Assembly: GCA_032718475.1 (NCBI GenBank)
Contig: JAUCBJ010008394.1
Coordinates: 1 to 64,000, forward strand
DNA length: 64,000 nucleotides
Direction of reading: 5' to 3'
From: Nemertoderma westbladi
Lineage: Eukaryota > Animalia > Xenacoelomorpha
Part shown: one piece after another, positions 49,879 through 63,370 of the stretch
Layout: every line of letters starts with the position of its first letter
Position numbering within the stretch: position 1 is the first letter of the stretch
Translations under genes and position numbers: made by a program
Notes under the pieces: model-generated
Told to the model about the DNA's origin: nothing
The model's database searches: none
What the model saw: only the letters and a program-made list of their open reading frames with translations

Positions 49879-50505
49879 TTACATAGTACCTACCTCCATC
49901 CACCTATTTTTATACTAGCTGGTTTTTTTCTCTAAATTTTTCCAAAATTATGAGCAGATGTTAGCTAACTATTAATAATGTTCCAGAATAAATTTTTTAT
50001 TCTAGAACTTTTCAAAAAGGATAAAAAATCATATATCATATATATGTATATGTATTTTTAATTTTTTGTAAGTTCTAGAACATTAATTTTATTCAGGGAG
50101 AAAATTTAAAAAAAGATACATATCACTCGCAAATATAGCTAGTTTTTGCTATTTATAATATATAGTCTAGATTGTGTTCCCTATTCTTAAAAACTCATTC
50201 CATAACAAGTTTTTCTTATTCTAGAATGTTTTTTAAACAATTTTGTCTCTTTTAACATGGTCTCGAAGAAAATTATTTCTTCTATAACCATTTTTATAAT
50301 ACCTAAACATGTTTTAGAACATTTCAAACAAATCTTTAGAAACGTTTATAAAATTGGAGGGGTTTTGGAGGTGTTGGAGACCCAGTGCCATAATGGAGAG
50401 GAAGTATAATTAAGAATTCATTATATGAGAAGAGAAGAGAGCAATTCATTTCATGAGAACATTACAACATCTAAAAGCCAAGATCTGACATTGGTTACGA
50501 TTCTC

Positions 50506-51816
50506 CTAGCCAACACGAAATCTTAAAACCAATACAGCAATTAAGGAGAAAATAAAAGGCAACCCCAATAGACTGAGAAGCGAACAAGCTGCTTGCATTC
50601 CAAAGTGATCATTGAGAAATCCACCACAAATTGGACCTATGATAATTCCAATAGACAATGACATTCGCAACATTTGTTGGAGAAGAGTTCTGGTGTCAAC
50701 ATTGTCTGGGTAACCACAAACATTCACAGCCAGTTGTGTTTGCGTTTCCAGTGCCGGGCTCAAGTATAAACCTGTACCAAATCCAAGGAGAGCGCATCCA
50801 GTAACAGAGAAGGGGAGATAATGAGGTAAACCCAGAAGTTCTGTAGGACCTATTAGTTGCATTGCTAATGCTTCTACCATTACTCCTAATACAGTTGGTA
50901 CGATAGTCTTCATTTTTTTCATTTTTAAACTCATTATTACACCTATAAACAATTGAAAACTAGGAAGTATGATATATATCCGACCAATATTATATTGGTT
51001 CACATTGTAAGTGTGATGAATGTAGGCAGCATAATTCGCAACTGTAAATGATGTCAGCATTACCCAATACATGTGCAAAATAAACATAAGAGTTACTGCT
51101 GGATTCTTCAGAACCCCAAGATAGGTTGGTCTGACTTCATTAGATTCACATCTGTCTTGAATGTAAGCTGGTGACTCTATCCAACAGTAAAGGAGTATAA
51201 TGAGGAACATCAAACCTGATATTATAAATGGGAATTCAAAACCAAAAGTAGCAAATACGGTTGAACCAAATACTGGTGCTACCATGTATCCAAGGCTGCT
51301 GGAAACTACAGATACACTGGCTAATAATGTTCTTTGTGTGGGCCACACTTCCATCAATATACTGAATGAATATATATAACTGATGTTGAGTCCAACAGCT
51401 TCGATGATGCGAAGTGAAAAACAAACAAACATAAATAATCCACTGTTATGATTAGGAATATATTTTACAAACCCAAATGCTAATTGGGAAACGGCTCCAA
51501 TGATTCCAAATAGACCCAAAGAGATACGAGTTCCCCAATTGTTGATAGAATGAGGGAAAGTAATATATATTGTAAGTCTCATCATTGAAAACGTTGAGAG
51601 TAATGCACCAATCAGAGTTTTTGACCAACCTCGTTCTTCAACAACAATTGGGAAGAAGGTTTCCAATAGATTATGACACCAACCTGGTATCATTTGATAC
51701 ATGAGCAACATGGCCACTAACATATAAAGTCTCCAGCCCTTTTGGTGACCATTATTATATGGATGACTTATATTAATTGAACTTGAGTTTTTGTGATCAT
51801 CTTCATCTGACATCAT
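50506..51816 (-). CDS. MFS transporter, SLC18B1-like (436 aa, intronless CDS)
   Basis: Paralog of 20654-21964; intact. Confidence 0.85.
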   Translation of the reverse strand: MMSDEDDHKNSSSINISHPYNNGHQKGWRLYMLVAMLLMYQMIPGWCHNLLETFFPIVVEERGWSKTLIGALLSTFSMMRLTIYITFPHSINNWGTRISLGLFGIIGAVSQLAFGFVKYIPNHNSGLFMFVCFSLRIIEAVGLNISYIYSFSILMEVWPTQRTLLASVSVVSSSLGYMVAPVFGSTVFATFGFEFPFIISGLMFLIILLYCWIESPAYIQDRCESNEVRPTYLGVLKNPAVTLMFILHMYWVMLTSFTVANYAAYIHHTYNVNQYNIGRIYIILPSFQLFIGVIMSLKMKKMKTIVPTVLGVMVEALAMQLIGPTELLGLPHYLPFSVTGCALLGFGTGLYLSPALETQTQLAVNVCGYPDNVDTRTLLQQMLRMSLSIGIIIGPICGGFLNDHFGMQAACSLLSLLGLPFIFSLIAVLVLRFRVG

Positions 51817-52509
51817 CCTCGGTGTGTGTGTATATATACCTATAGTATCAAGTGGTGGATCAAGAGTCTTTGCAGTTCCAAAGATATTCTACAACCTGGA
51901 ATGTGAAGAAGCTGTGGAGGTTGCACTATAATGCGTACAGGTTGTTGGAAATATGGAAATATATTTCAAACATATATTACATGTAAAAGATTTATTGAAT
52001 TTTCTTTATTTCCTTATTATTATTATTTCCTAATTCTTATTTAGTTTCTTTAAAATTTTCAAATATTTTGCATGCTACCCTTACATTGATAGACTTTAGA
52101 AATAGGTCTGGTACAAATTATGGCTAGAGTATTATAGAACTACATTTTTAAAACTATGTCAATGTTACCTTGGCAAGATTGAGGAGTTCTAGAAAATTAG
52201 AAAAGTATTATATTCTATTCTAGAACATAAATAAAATAAAAAATATAATGTTCTAGAATATATAGCTAGTTTTTTAAATTTTAAAATAGTTAGTAAATTT
52301 CGAAAAATATTCAATTTGGTAGCTAATTTTATTAATACATAAATAATATAAATAAATAAATTTTTTTTTAATATTAATAGCTATTTTATTTATGCTCTAG
52401 AATAGTGTATATTAAATATTACATAAATAAAATAAAAAATATAACATTCTAGAATATATAGCAAGTTTTTTAAATTTTAAAATAGCTAGTAAATATTCAA
52501 TTTGGTACT

Positions 52510-53690
52510 TACTGCGTAAGAGCCAAAACGAATTTCGACCAAATAGATCAACAATAGCTCAGATACTTGCACTATGGAGACTGATTGAAGGAATTAAGTC
52601 AAAGAATATCCCCGCAGTCATAACTTTTGTGGACTTCAAGGAGGCATTCGACTCCATCCATAGAGGTAAAATGCTTGAATCCTAAGAGCTTATGGAATAC
52701 CAGAAGTAATTGCTGCTGGCATTGAATTGTTATATTGTGATACAGAAGCACAGGTACTCTCACCAGATGGCGAAACTGAGTTTTTCTCAATCCTGGCTGG
52801 CGTACTGCAAGGTGACACATTAGCACCATTACTATTTGTAATTGTGCTGGATTACGCAATGAGGATGGCCACAAAGGGTGAAGATCTGGGATTCACACTT
52901 CAAGCATGCAGAAGTAGTAGATATCCGGCAACTACAGTCACAGACACCGACTTTGCGGATGACATCGCCCTGCTCTCTAATATGCTAGCAGATGCACAGC
53001 TTCTACTAAATGAAGTGGAGAGGGCTGCTAAGGGGGTTGGATTGCATATAAATGCTACCAAGACCGAATTCGTGACCTTTAATGTTGATGGAAACTTGAC
53101 AACCATTGATAATAATCAACTAAGGAAGGTCGATGACTTCCAGTACTTTGGATCATGGGTAGAGAGTAGCAAAAAGGACATAGATGTTAGGAAAGCAAAG
53201 GCTTGGGTAGCTCTATCAAAAATGGATACCATCTGGAAATCATATCTCTCCAGGCACCTGAAGACTACGTTCTTTCGAGCCACAGTGGAAACCTGGTGAG
53301 ACCTGAACACTGACTAAATCACTTGAACAACGAATTTATGGTTGTTACACAAGACTACTAAGGGCAGCCCTAAACATAGCTGGAGACAACACATGACAAA
53401 CGCCGAGGTTTATGGTACAATACCACCTGTATCAACCAGGTGGTATTCCTCCGTGAACACAGATTAAGATTCAGTGGGCACTGCTGGCGAAGTAAAGACG
53501 AGGTCATACCAGATCTACTTTTCTGGACTCATGGAAAGTGTAGTCATGGACAACCGGCCATAACATATATAGATCAACTTGAAAGGGATACTGAACTTGG
53601 GAGAAACGAAATTGTGACAACTATGGAGAATCGGGAAGCATGGAAGGATCTCATTTCCACTGTCCGAGTTCGCTCGACCTAGTAGTAGAT
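52510..53690 (+). mobile_element. RTE-like LINE, 5'-truncated and decayed
   Basis: FVDFKEAFDSI, GVLQGDTLAPLLF, DFADDIALL, RLRFSGHCWR; TAG tail. Confidence 0.85.
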
Positions 53691-55353
53691 GGATATATCA
53701 TCCATATAAATTGTATTGAATTCTAGTATACCTGTTACTATTCAATTGGGGTTTTGTTTAGAATTGTGTAACATTTTGTGTGATTATATGGCGGATTTTA
53801 ATAAAAAAAAGTAATAGTAATTATTCCAAATTTTAAGATTACTTAATGCCATTTTGTTAGGATGCACTCATTGAATACTAAATATACACAGGACAAATGT
53901 ATCATACCCCTGGAGGTAATCTTTGTAATTTATAAAATGATAGATTAATAATTGGATATCGTACATGTTAGATTAAAATAAATTTGGCTAAATATTCAGT
54001 TCTGGTGAATGTAAAAGTGTGCATTACTACTTAATTAATTTGGTGCTCAAAATAAAGTGGTTGATCTTTCGAGGTAAAGGAGGTACAGTACATGGACAGA
54101 TTAAACAGGGTGGAAATGTGTTAAGAGTTGCTGAGACCAATAAAATAGTAGTGGTCCGTTGTACATGCAGGATGTTATGTACTTGTGGCATATCAAAATG
54201 TTTGCCAGATGAGAGTAAACCAGTGAAATGCCGTGCCCATAATTGCTCTGTAACCTGCTGGGCCACCTGGTTTGTAGCCCAATTTATTCTTAATAATATC
54301 CAAGAAGTGCGACTTATCATTCTCACATTTCTTAATTAGATTATATTTTTTCTATTAGATTAGTTGCTTAAACGATCTTTGGCAGTCAGAATATACCGAT
54401 TGAATTACCAAATGAGTTGCTTTGTAATATTAACAAAAAGAGTCATATTGACAAACACCATGCCAATAACACTCTGGCCATTCCACCACACAGATATGTT
54501 GTGATATCAGGGACAGAAAGGCAATATAGTTCAGCCCCGATTAAATGGTCACTTAATAGGTCACAACATTGACTATAACCACCCAGTCTACAGTTGAAAT
54601 CTCTCGATAGTCAGTGAGTTAATGTTGTCTTGCTGTACATTTTTCCAATGAGTGGTGTTAGGTCAAGTCATATATCGCTGACATCACTATTTGGCTTGTG
54701 AAAAAGTAATGTTGATGTTTGAGTGTTTAACATTCAATTCACAGCAGCTGCTATGCTAATTCCCTGGAAGGGCGTCCTGTGGAACAATTTTTGATTTTTG
54801 AACAGCAGGAGTCTCAAATGGCTAGATGTCCGAATTATCACCTAATGGCGGGTTTATTTGGGCCAATCGGGATGAGTGATTGTTTAAAGAAGTGAAAATA
54901 TTGCAACAACAACAACAACAAAATAGAAAATAAAACTTTGGACAATTGTAAATGTTATGCCAAAAAATCTCTTACTTCTACCATTGCAAAGTATCAATCA
55001 ATCTAAGGAATGCATATTCATATGGCATCTCATATTTATAAAACATTTTTTGCAATATGGTGTATCTTACATAATTGCATAAGTAATGAGATAATAAAGT
55101 ATGTAGGAAGTAGTAGGAATCCTAGTATGTATAGAGGAAGATTTTGGTAGAACTGGAACAGGAATAACCACATGCCGTGAATAATTTGAACAAAGAAATA
55201 ATATTGTATAAATAATATATATCTTTAAAGACGCCGACTCATCGAAACTAATACGAACTAATGACTATTATGTTATAGCTCACTATGAAAAACTTCAATA
55301 GGGTTGGTGCAAGAAAATATTGTTGGGTTAGAAACAATTGAATAAGGAGTAAA

Positions 55354-55795
55354 CACTACTACTAGGATCGGCATGCTGCATTGCAGCTGCATTTTTAAGA
55401 ATGCTGTGCCGGCTTGTCAACAAAATTGCACCGCCACAACTCCCTATCACCCATGACATTTGCTAGATCATCCGCATCTTTAAGGCCAGTGTCCTCTAAG
55501 ATGCGTCTCAAGAAAGTCATTGGCTGTCCACCATGCTTATTCACTCCATGAGGCTGCCAAAGTACAAGATTATGCACTGGCTGGTCCTCACGGTGAAAGC
55601 AATGTCCTGCAAAGCGGAGGCGATTTTGTTCTAGTGTCAAGCTTGGGGGAACCAATGAGACACCTCCAATGTTATATAGTGTCTGGTTGGAGATGTGTGC
55701 ATTGTACTTGACACAATGAACCCGGCGTAGCATTCTTGTGAATGTGCCATCCAGAGATTTGGTGTCCTCAGCAGTTAGAGCCCAGCATGGACTCC
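55354..55795 (-). mobile_element. 5'-truncated copy of the 40.7-42.7 kb RTE family
   Basis: Very similar to 42280-42690; TAG tail. Confidence 0.85.
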
Positions 55796-56400
55796 GGGAG
55801 TAAACAAGTTGTCCTCAATCGAGTGCCAGGGTGTGTTCTTTTACGGAGAGTGATCATATTATTGATCAATTTAAATCCTCATTAAAACTCAATTATTTCG
55901 CACATGATTTATATCATTAGAAAGCTGAGAATCATGTGCATCTTTTGACGCATAAATTAATTAAATTCATAAAGAGGAAAGCTCATAAAAATGCTGATTG
56001 AAATTCTACAATTAACTACACAAGTATATGTAGTTTTCAAAAGTTTAGTAATTATACACACAGACAGACTTCTATATATAGTTCCCCTGTCTGTCACTAA
56101 GGGAGTAACTGTAAGAAACAAAGTTAACTTTTTGGTGTCTCTCAACCTTCAACGTGCAAATGTGTTGCTATCTCGAGAAAATGACATCATATTATGCGAA
56201 AATTTATCCGAATTATTTGATACAAAATGTCCATAAATACATCAGGAGATATAGGGAGATATCAGCTGTAACTAAATGTAATGATTGGAAAGATCGAGAC
56301 TCAGTTAACTGTATCACAATTTAATATTATTGATATTAACAATGTGTTGTTGGCAAGCTGTGATTTTCGAGGTATTTATTATACATTTATTACATTAAAT

Positions 56401-56468
56401 ACTACTAGGATCGGCATGCTGCATTGCAGCTGCATTTTTAAGAATGCTGTGCCGGCTTATCGACAAAA
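56401..56468 (-). mobile_element. Very short RTE 3' tail
   Basis: ACTACTAGGATCGGCATGCTGCATTGCAGCTGCATTTT.AAGAATGCTGTGCCGGC. Confidence 0.75.
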
Positions 56469-58244
56469 TTACATTAAATACAATATTATATTCAATATAC
56501 ACAAAATTATATAAAACTATCTAATTTATTAAACCAACCCGAAACCACAATAAGCATAAACGTTAATAATTATATTATTAATAAACAAGATAGAGTATGT
56601 AATAAGAAAAAGTACAAGTAGGAGACAGACAAAGAAGTCAACTGATTCGTTGGTACCATATGAAAGGTAACGTTCCGAAAATCCCAAACCATATCCTGTA
56701 CACTCTGTACTAGATATCCACCCAGTTTGACAGAGGGATCTATAAGAACTGGTTGGACATAATAACAAATAATTGATTGATATATCAGTAGTAGTTTAAT
56801 AAAGATGAATTAATAATTTAGTTATTTAATAATAATTAAATAATATAGTTTATAATAATATTTAATAATTATTTATGCGGTTTATAAATAAATGCGGTTT
56901 AAATAACTAAAAATTTAGTTACTTCAAAATAATTAGTGATTAGTAAAATTTGTAATTATGGGGAATTAATAATTAATTTAGTCACTTTCATTGAAGTTCA
57001 TAGCGAGTGCAGGGGCACTCGCCATCTCTTCCAGGTGGCTTATTTCCATGTTCCTCACCCTCCCCACAATTTCCCCTGACCCACCCGCTTCCGCCTCAGT
57101 CTCCTGATTTTCTCTTCCCCAAACTCTTCAACGTTCGTTCCCATTATTTTTCCCCATCCCTTCCGCGACTTTCCACCACTGTCTTCCGCCATAGTTTGTA
57201 ATATTATATACATTTACGATACCCTGATAGTTAATGGTCATTTTGCCCCACCCCCACTCTCCCTTCCGTTGACACCACACTGATCCATCAATAACACCCC
57301 CATGTTAAGTATTACCATACATCCAAAAAAATTAACTTTTCAGAAGAAATGGAGTTTGTATTTTTGGTATTCTAGCAACTGGGCTGTATACGATGTACAG
57401 CACAATGTATATATAATCTCCTATTTTTGGGACGAATTTTAACTTGTTTGAATTTAAAAGTAATGGATATAGACTGAATTATTATTCTTACTACTATAGA
57501 ATTGGTAACGGTACTGTACAATAGGGATGGATACGCGGGGAACGGTCGTGGAATGAATGTCGAGAAAGAAGAGAAACGAATAAGCAGTTGGGGAAGAAGC
57601 AGTAGGGGGGAGCCAGGGTTGAGACAGTACACTGTACTTGTGAAGACCCGTGGCCCTATGAATCTGGAAATTTGGAGTGCGCTCAGATTTAGGAGTTTAA
57701 ATCTACCTGTGTTGATAAAGTTAGCAAAATCGTCAGCGACTTTTATAATTTGATAACTCAATCAGTCATACAGGGACTCAACAACTTATAATAATTTACT
57801 CAATTCAAAAGCTGAAATATACTTTCAGGGATGCTATGTGACAAGACATCAAGCAACCTACCGATTCCAAATTTTTCAAAAATATAATTTAAAAAACATA
57901 AACTTTGGTTGGAATTAACAAGTAAGATTATCGTTTGATCTGCGGATCCCACTGCTCTTGCTTGATCTGTGAAATAATTTATTAAACATATATAATTTAA
58001 ATTCATAAATCGTTAAAAGTTAAATGTAAAGAAAAAACAGCAGTCTATCAATCAGCAGTACGGTCTATAAAGATAAACCATGGGTAATTCTCTCCGCACC
58101 TTGAGGTAATTATCTACAGCTTCAGGTAAATCTATATGCAATTGTTTTTGCAATTCTCCGCAGTTGTGGGTAAAAATATATACCCTGAACTAGGGGAGGG
58201 TAAACACATTTATCCACAGTTTTTTTGTACAATCAAAAGGTAAA

Positions 58245-58985
58245 ATGGCTCCTTTTATGGAGGTAGCAGTACCACTCAATTGTAAAACTGAAATTTATAG
58301 AAACATACCATCGATTTTGTTTCGATAACGAAGGTATTATTTACTAGTTTCTCCAACTTTCTCTTGTGCGCATTGCAACAAAAGGCAGACCTACTCCGGT
58401 GGAAGTAATTAAAGTGTAGATTTCTTTGCGCTATTCCGCATCCAATGACTATCAAATAGGTGTGGCCGATGACTTTGGCATCAATCAGTCCAATGTTTCG
58501 AGAATTTTGGATAGTTTCCTGAACACTTTGGTTTCAAAACTTAATGATTATATTAAAATTCCAACCACATCTGACCAGTTTCAGATGTTATTAGAGGGAA
58601 GTTCCTTTTGGGAGTGGGGTGGGTATATTGGATTGCATTTGTGGTATGTTTACTTCACTTATTGTTGTAACTATAGTTCTTTATGTGGATAGATGCACTC
58701 GGTTGTGTTACTCTATTGTCCTGGTTACTCTAGTGCTACAATTCAACTCAACTGGAAACTCATGTTCTAAGCGAGCAAGTTTTTGGTCGCTTGAAAAGTC
58801 GTTTTGCATGATGAAACTCGTCTTTCACTTCTAAGGTTGCGAAAGTAGTTGTTGCTTGCTGTATTTTGCACAACATGGGTTTGCCAAATTTAGACGGAAA
58901 TGAAGACAATAATATTTGGAATATTCCAACTGTGCCATGCACAGGTAATTTAATTACAGGCGATGCATATCGCAGTCATGTTGGG
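58245..58985 (+). pseudogene. Harbinger/PIF (HARBI1-like) transposase relic
   Basis: LRYSASNDYQIGVADDFGINQSNVSRI..YIKIP, G.LDC, KVVVACCILHNM. Deleted and frameshifted. Confidence 0.75.
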
Positions 58986-59838
58986 TCAATAGTGTATTTT
59001 GAAATTATGATACTGTAGGCCTATTGTGTGTTTTTTTTCTGACGAGTACTAACTTTTATTCAACTAAATACAGTAATTGATTTCAACGATGCAATACATA
59101 CCTAATATGTACTTTCACTTTCAAATTATTTTACATTATGTATTACATTATGTACATTATGTAATTTTCACACTAAGGGAGGAAAATCGGGTTTGTGAAG
59201 TACAAAATTAAATTATTGATTGCTAATAATTGGCCATAAACAATCTCAATCCTGGGGCCATATTCTTTCTTAGTGATCACTAGGCACAGGTAATCAGACT
59301 AGATAGCACAAACTTCGCACTAAATTTAGGTTAAATTTCGCGATATATAGTCCGACTACTTGTGGGTAGTGAGAATTAAGAACGCCCAAGAACGAATAAA
59401 CGCACTATAACATACAGTACGCAATATATGTAATGAAAAAGCAAAGCTACAGTATAAACTTCAAATTAACAATTTTTCTTCTAATATTAAATATAGGAAA
59501 ATTAAATCAGTCAACCGTGTGGCACATATATCCTACAATCATAATAATACAAGCCAACCCTTTTTGAAATGAGGGGAATATAAAATCAATCAATGAGTTG
59601 TCCTAAAATGCGTGCATCCCACTTAAAAAAGTGAATGTGTATTTGGGTCTGTAAATGAGGGTAGTCTGGAGAGTGTGGGTACCATTCGATTGTTCACACA
59701 TATTGCATATGGATTTTACCTGAACTTGAGGATAATCATACAGTACCCTCAGCTGCGGGTAATTATCATCACATTTACCCCCAGCTGTGGTTAACATTGC
59801 ATACGACTGCTGATGTAACTGTTATCTGTGGTATAACT

Positions 59839-60219
59839 TATGGTGTCTCTAAAGAGACACAAAATATAGCTAGTATACAAATTGTTGGGTGGATGAATTA
59901 TGTACTGGATGCTATGAATGCAAATTTCCTTACAGATGAATAGGTTTTAAAATTACAAACATATTACAAACTACAAACATTCTATGAATTCAATAGCTCA
60001 GTTTTCAGTAAAAGTAATGTAAAAGGAGTGAAAAATAATGTAAAAGTTGTGAGAATGATGTAGTTGATTGTTTAACGGCTTTTCTATGGAAGGAGTTTTA
60101 AAATTATTCTATTTAAAAATAAACAAAATTTTTATTAGTGCAGTATTTTTTTGGAGGCATTTTTATTGTTTAATAGAGGTTTTTATTCACTTATATTTTG
60201 ACCCTTTAGAGACGCCATA
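59839..60219. mobile_element. MITE with TATGG(T/C)GTCTCTAAAG termini
   Basis: TATGGTGTCTCTAAAG ... CTTTAGAGACGCCATA. Same family as 2284-2814. Confidence 0.6.
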
Positions 60220-60454
60220 TTAACTTGCCTTTGAATTATTACAATTGCATAACTACTGTGAAATAAATAATGTTTCAGAATTTTCGGCATTTATTTAATA
60301 TAATTTATTTTTAAATAGAACATTATTTCAACTCCTTCCATTAAACAATCAACTACATTATTCTCAGACCTTTTACATTATAGTATATAATAATGATTAT
60401 GGACTATCAATATACAGATACCAAATATAGCAAATAAATAAAACATTGCCACAT

Positions 60455-62450
60455 TGGTGACCCCGAACCCCAAAACGCATTTTTGGAGTAACTGCTGAAC
60501 CCGCTTCACAGCCCTCACAAATGGCCGAATCCAACGCAGTGTTGTTGAAGTTTCCAACCTTTTGGACGAGCCAGTCCACGTGGACAATACAGAGTACTAC
60601 CACGTTGTGGGGGCCCTGGACCAGGAAGCGGCAACTCGCCTTCTCCAACTCATCCGGGACCCTCCTGCCACAGGAAAGTACCACAAATTTAAGGAGCACT
60701 GGGGGACTGCTGCCCCTCATAACGCCTGAACGAGATGCAGGCACTACTCAGCGACACCATTCGTGTCTGCTGTTTGAGGAGGCCTTCCTCCGGACAATGC
60801 CTGCAGACATCCGCCTCCAACTCGCTGAGGAGGTATTCCAAGACCTGGACAGAGTCGTGGATGGCGCTGATGCGCTGTGGGAGGCCACCCTCCAAAACTT
60901 GCTTTTGGCCCATGCTGTTGAGAAACCGGAGTTGGTCTTGCCCACTGTCATGCAGGAACTCCTCGACTAACTCTGCATCCCGACTAGTGCTACTTCCACC
61001 AGTGGTTTGGCCCAATGCCAAGTGTCACCCGCCCTTCAGCTCAGGGAAACACCCAGGCCGGCCGTCAGTAGCAGCTGCCATGGCTGGCCTCCCCAATCTG
61101 CTGCTCTTTGCCTGGGACTGGATTTCTGGGCAACGTTTCTTAGTGGATACCACGGCCAGCAACAAAAACAACATCCAGACCTACGGCGAGCGGCAGGTAA
61201 AAATTCCCCCTTCAATGATTCATACTCGATGATTCGAGTGGAAGTTCACCACCACTGACATCGTCCAGCCTCTCCTCGGAGCCGACTTCAAGCCAACAAC
61301 CTGTTGGTCGACCTGAGAAGCCATCGTCTGGTTGACACTGACACATTGACCTCAATCCGGTGCGGCCAGACACGAGGCCACACCCTGCAACTTGGTTCGG
61401 TGGCTGCCTCCGACATACGATTTCGCCCGATTCCTCACCGAGTTCCCCGACATTACGGTGCCGCGGTTCTCCGACCCCACGACCAAACATGGGTCACACA
61501 CTTTATCCCCACTGAGGGACCCCCAGTTTACTCACGCTCCCATCATCTGTCTCCGGATAAGCTGCAGATCATGAGTGAGGAGTTCAGGAAGATGGAAGAG
61601 ATGGAATCATCCACCAGTCCCTGGTCGTCGCCCCTCCACATGGCCTCGAAACCCTTGGGTGGCTGGTGGGGCAACTATCAGCGTCTCAACAATGCCATGA
61701 CCCCGTACCAGTACCCTATCCCCCACATCCATGACTTTTCTGCACGACTGGTAGGGGCGAAAATCTTCTCAAAGACCGATCTGGTGCGCGGATACCACCA
61801 GATCCCCATCACTGAGGCTGACATTGCCAAGACCGCAGTCATCACTCTGTTTGAACTGTTGAGTTCCTTAGGATGCTGTTCTGGTTGAAGAATGCGGCCC
61901 AGGACTTCCAGAGACTGATGGACACAGTGTGCCAGGGACTCGACTTCCTCTTTGTCTTCTTAGATGATGTCCTCGTCGCCAGTCGGACTCCCAAGGAGCA
62001 CCATAAACACCTTCGTCAGCTCTTTATGCGCTTTCAACATGTGCCATCCTGCGGCCCCTATACTCAGCCCTCGCCACTAAAACAAGAATTCTGGATTGGA
62101 CCACCGAGATTCTGGCCATGTTCCAGAATGCCAAGGTGGTCCTTGCCAATGCGACAATGATTGCCCATACCAACGCCAATGCCTTCACCTCTCTCACTGT
62201 GGATGCCTCTGGCACGGCAGTGGGCGCCATTCTAGAACAGCTTGTTGGTGATTCTTGGCAGCCTCTGGAGTTCTTAAGTCACCAACTATGACCCCAGAGG
62301 TGAAGTACAGCAAGTTTGACCGCGAACTTCTCGCGCTGTACCTCGCAGTCTGTCACTTCCAGTATTTCCTGGAGGGCCGCATGTTCACTGCCTACACAGA
62401 CCACAAGCTGCTTACATTTGCTTTCACCAAGATCAGCGACCCGTATTGCC
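60455..62450 (+). mobile_element. Decayed Gypsy LTR retrotransposon with a tRNA-Trp PBS
   Basis: PBS TGGTGACCCCGA at 60455. Gag KFPTFW, protease RFLVDT, RT SPWSSPLHM / DLVRGYHQIP / FLDDVLVAS, RNase H TVDAS / TDHK. Confidence 0.85.
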
Positions 62451-63370
62451 ACACCCTATACATTATTTTCACTGCAAATTTAGCTACTGAATTCATAGAA
62501 TGTTTGTAATTACACATTGAAACATATGCATCTGTAACAAAATTTACACTCATTGCATATTATATAGTACTTACCTCCACCCACAATTCTTATAAGCTGG
62601 TTTTTTCCTCTAAATTTTTCCAAAATATGAGCTGTTGTTAGTTAACTATTAATAATGTTCTAGAATAAATTTTTAATTCTAGAACTTTACAAAAAGGTTA
62701 AAAAATCATATATCATAATATATCTAGCTATTTGTTGTATTTTTAAATTTTTGTAAGTTCAAGAACATTAATTTTATTCTGGAAGAAATTTATAAAAAGT
62801 TACTAATCATTCGCAAATGTAGCGGGTTTTTGCTATTTATATAGTCTAGATTGTGTTCCCTATTCTTAAAAAATAATTTAGTAACAAGTTTTTCATATTC
62901 TAGAATGCTTTTTAAACAATTTTGCCTCTTTTAACATGGCCTCAAAGAAAATTATTTGTTCTATAACCATTTTTATAATACCTACACTTGTTTTATAACA
63001 TTTCAAAGAAATCTTTAGAAATTAGCTAGTTTATAAAATTGGAGGGGTTTTGGTGGTGTTGGGTACCCAGTGACATAATGGAGAAGAAGTATAATTAAGA
63101 CATTAATGTTCTAGAATAAGCAATATTTAAACAAAATTCCTGCTTACCAATATGTCGTAATGCATAACTTTTGATGTACTAAATAGAACTAATATATAAA
63201 TAACGTCGTGAAAATAATGTTCCATTTTAAAATTAACTACTTATTACATGCTAAATAAATATCATGGAACATATTTTCACTATGCACTCGATTCTTTATT
63301 AACCTCGCTACGCTTGGTAAATAAAATATCTCGAGTATAGTGAAAATTATTTTCTACATTATATACTTAT

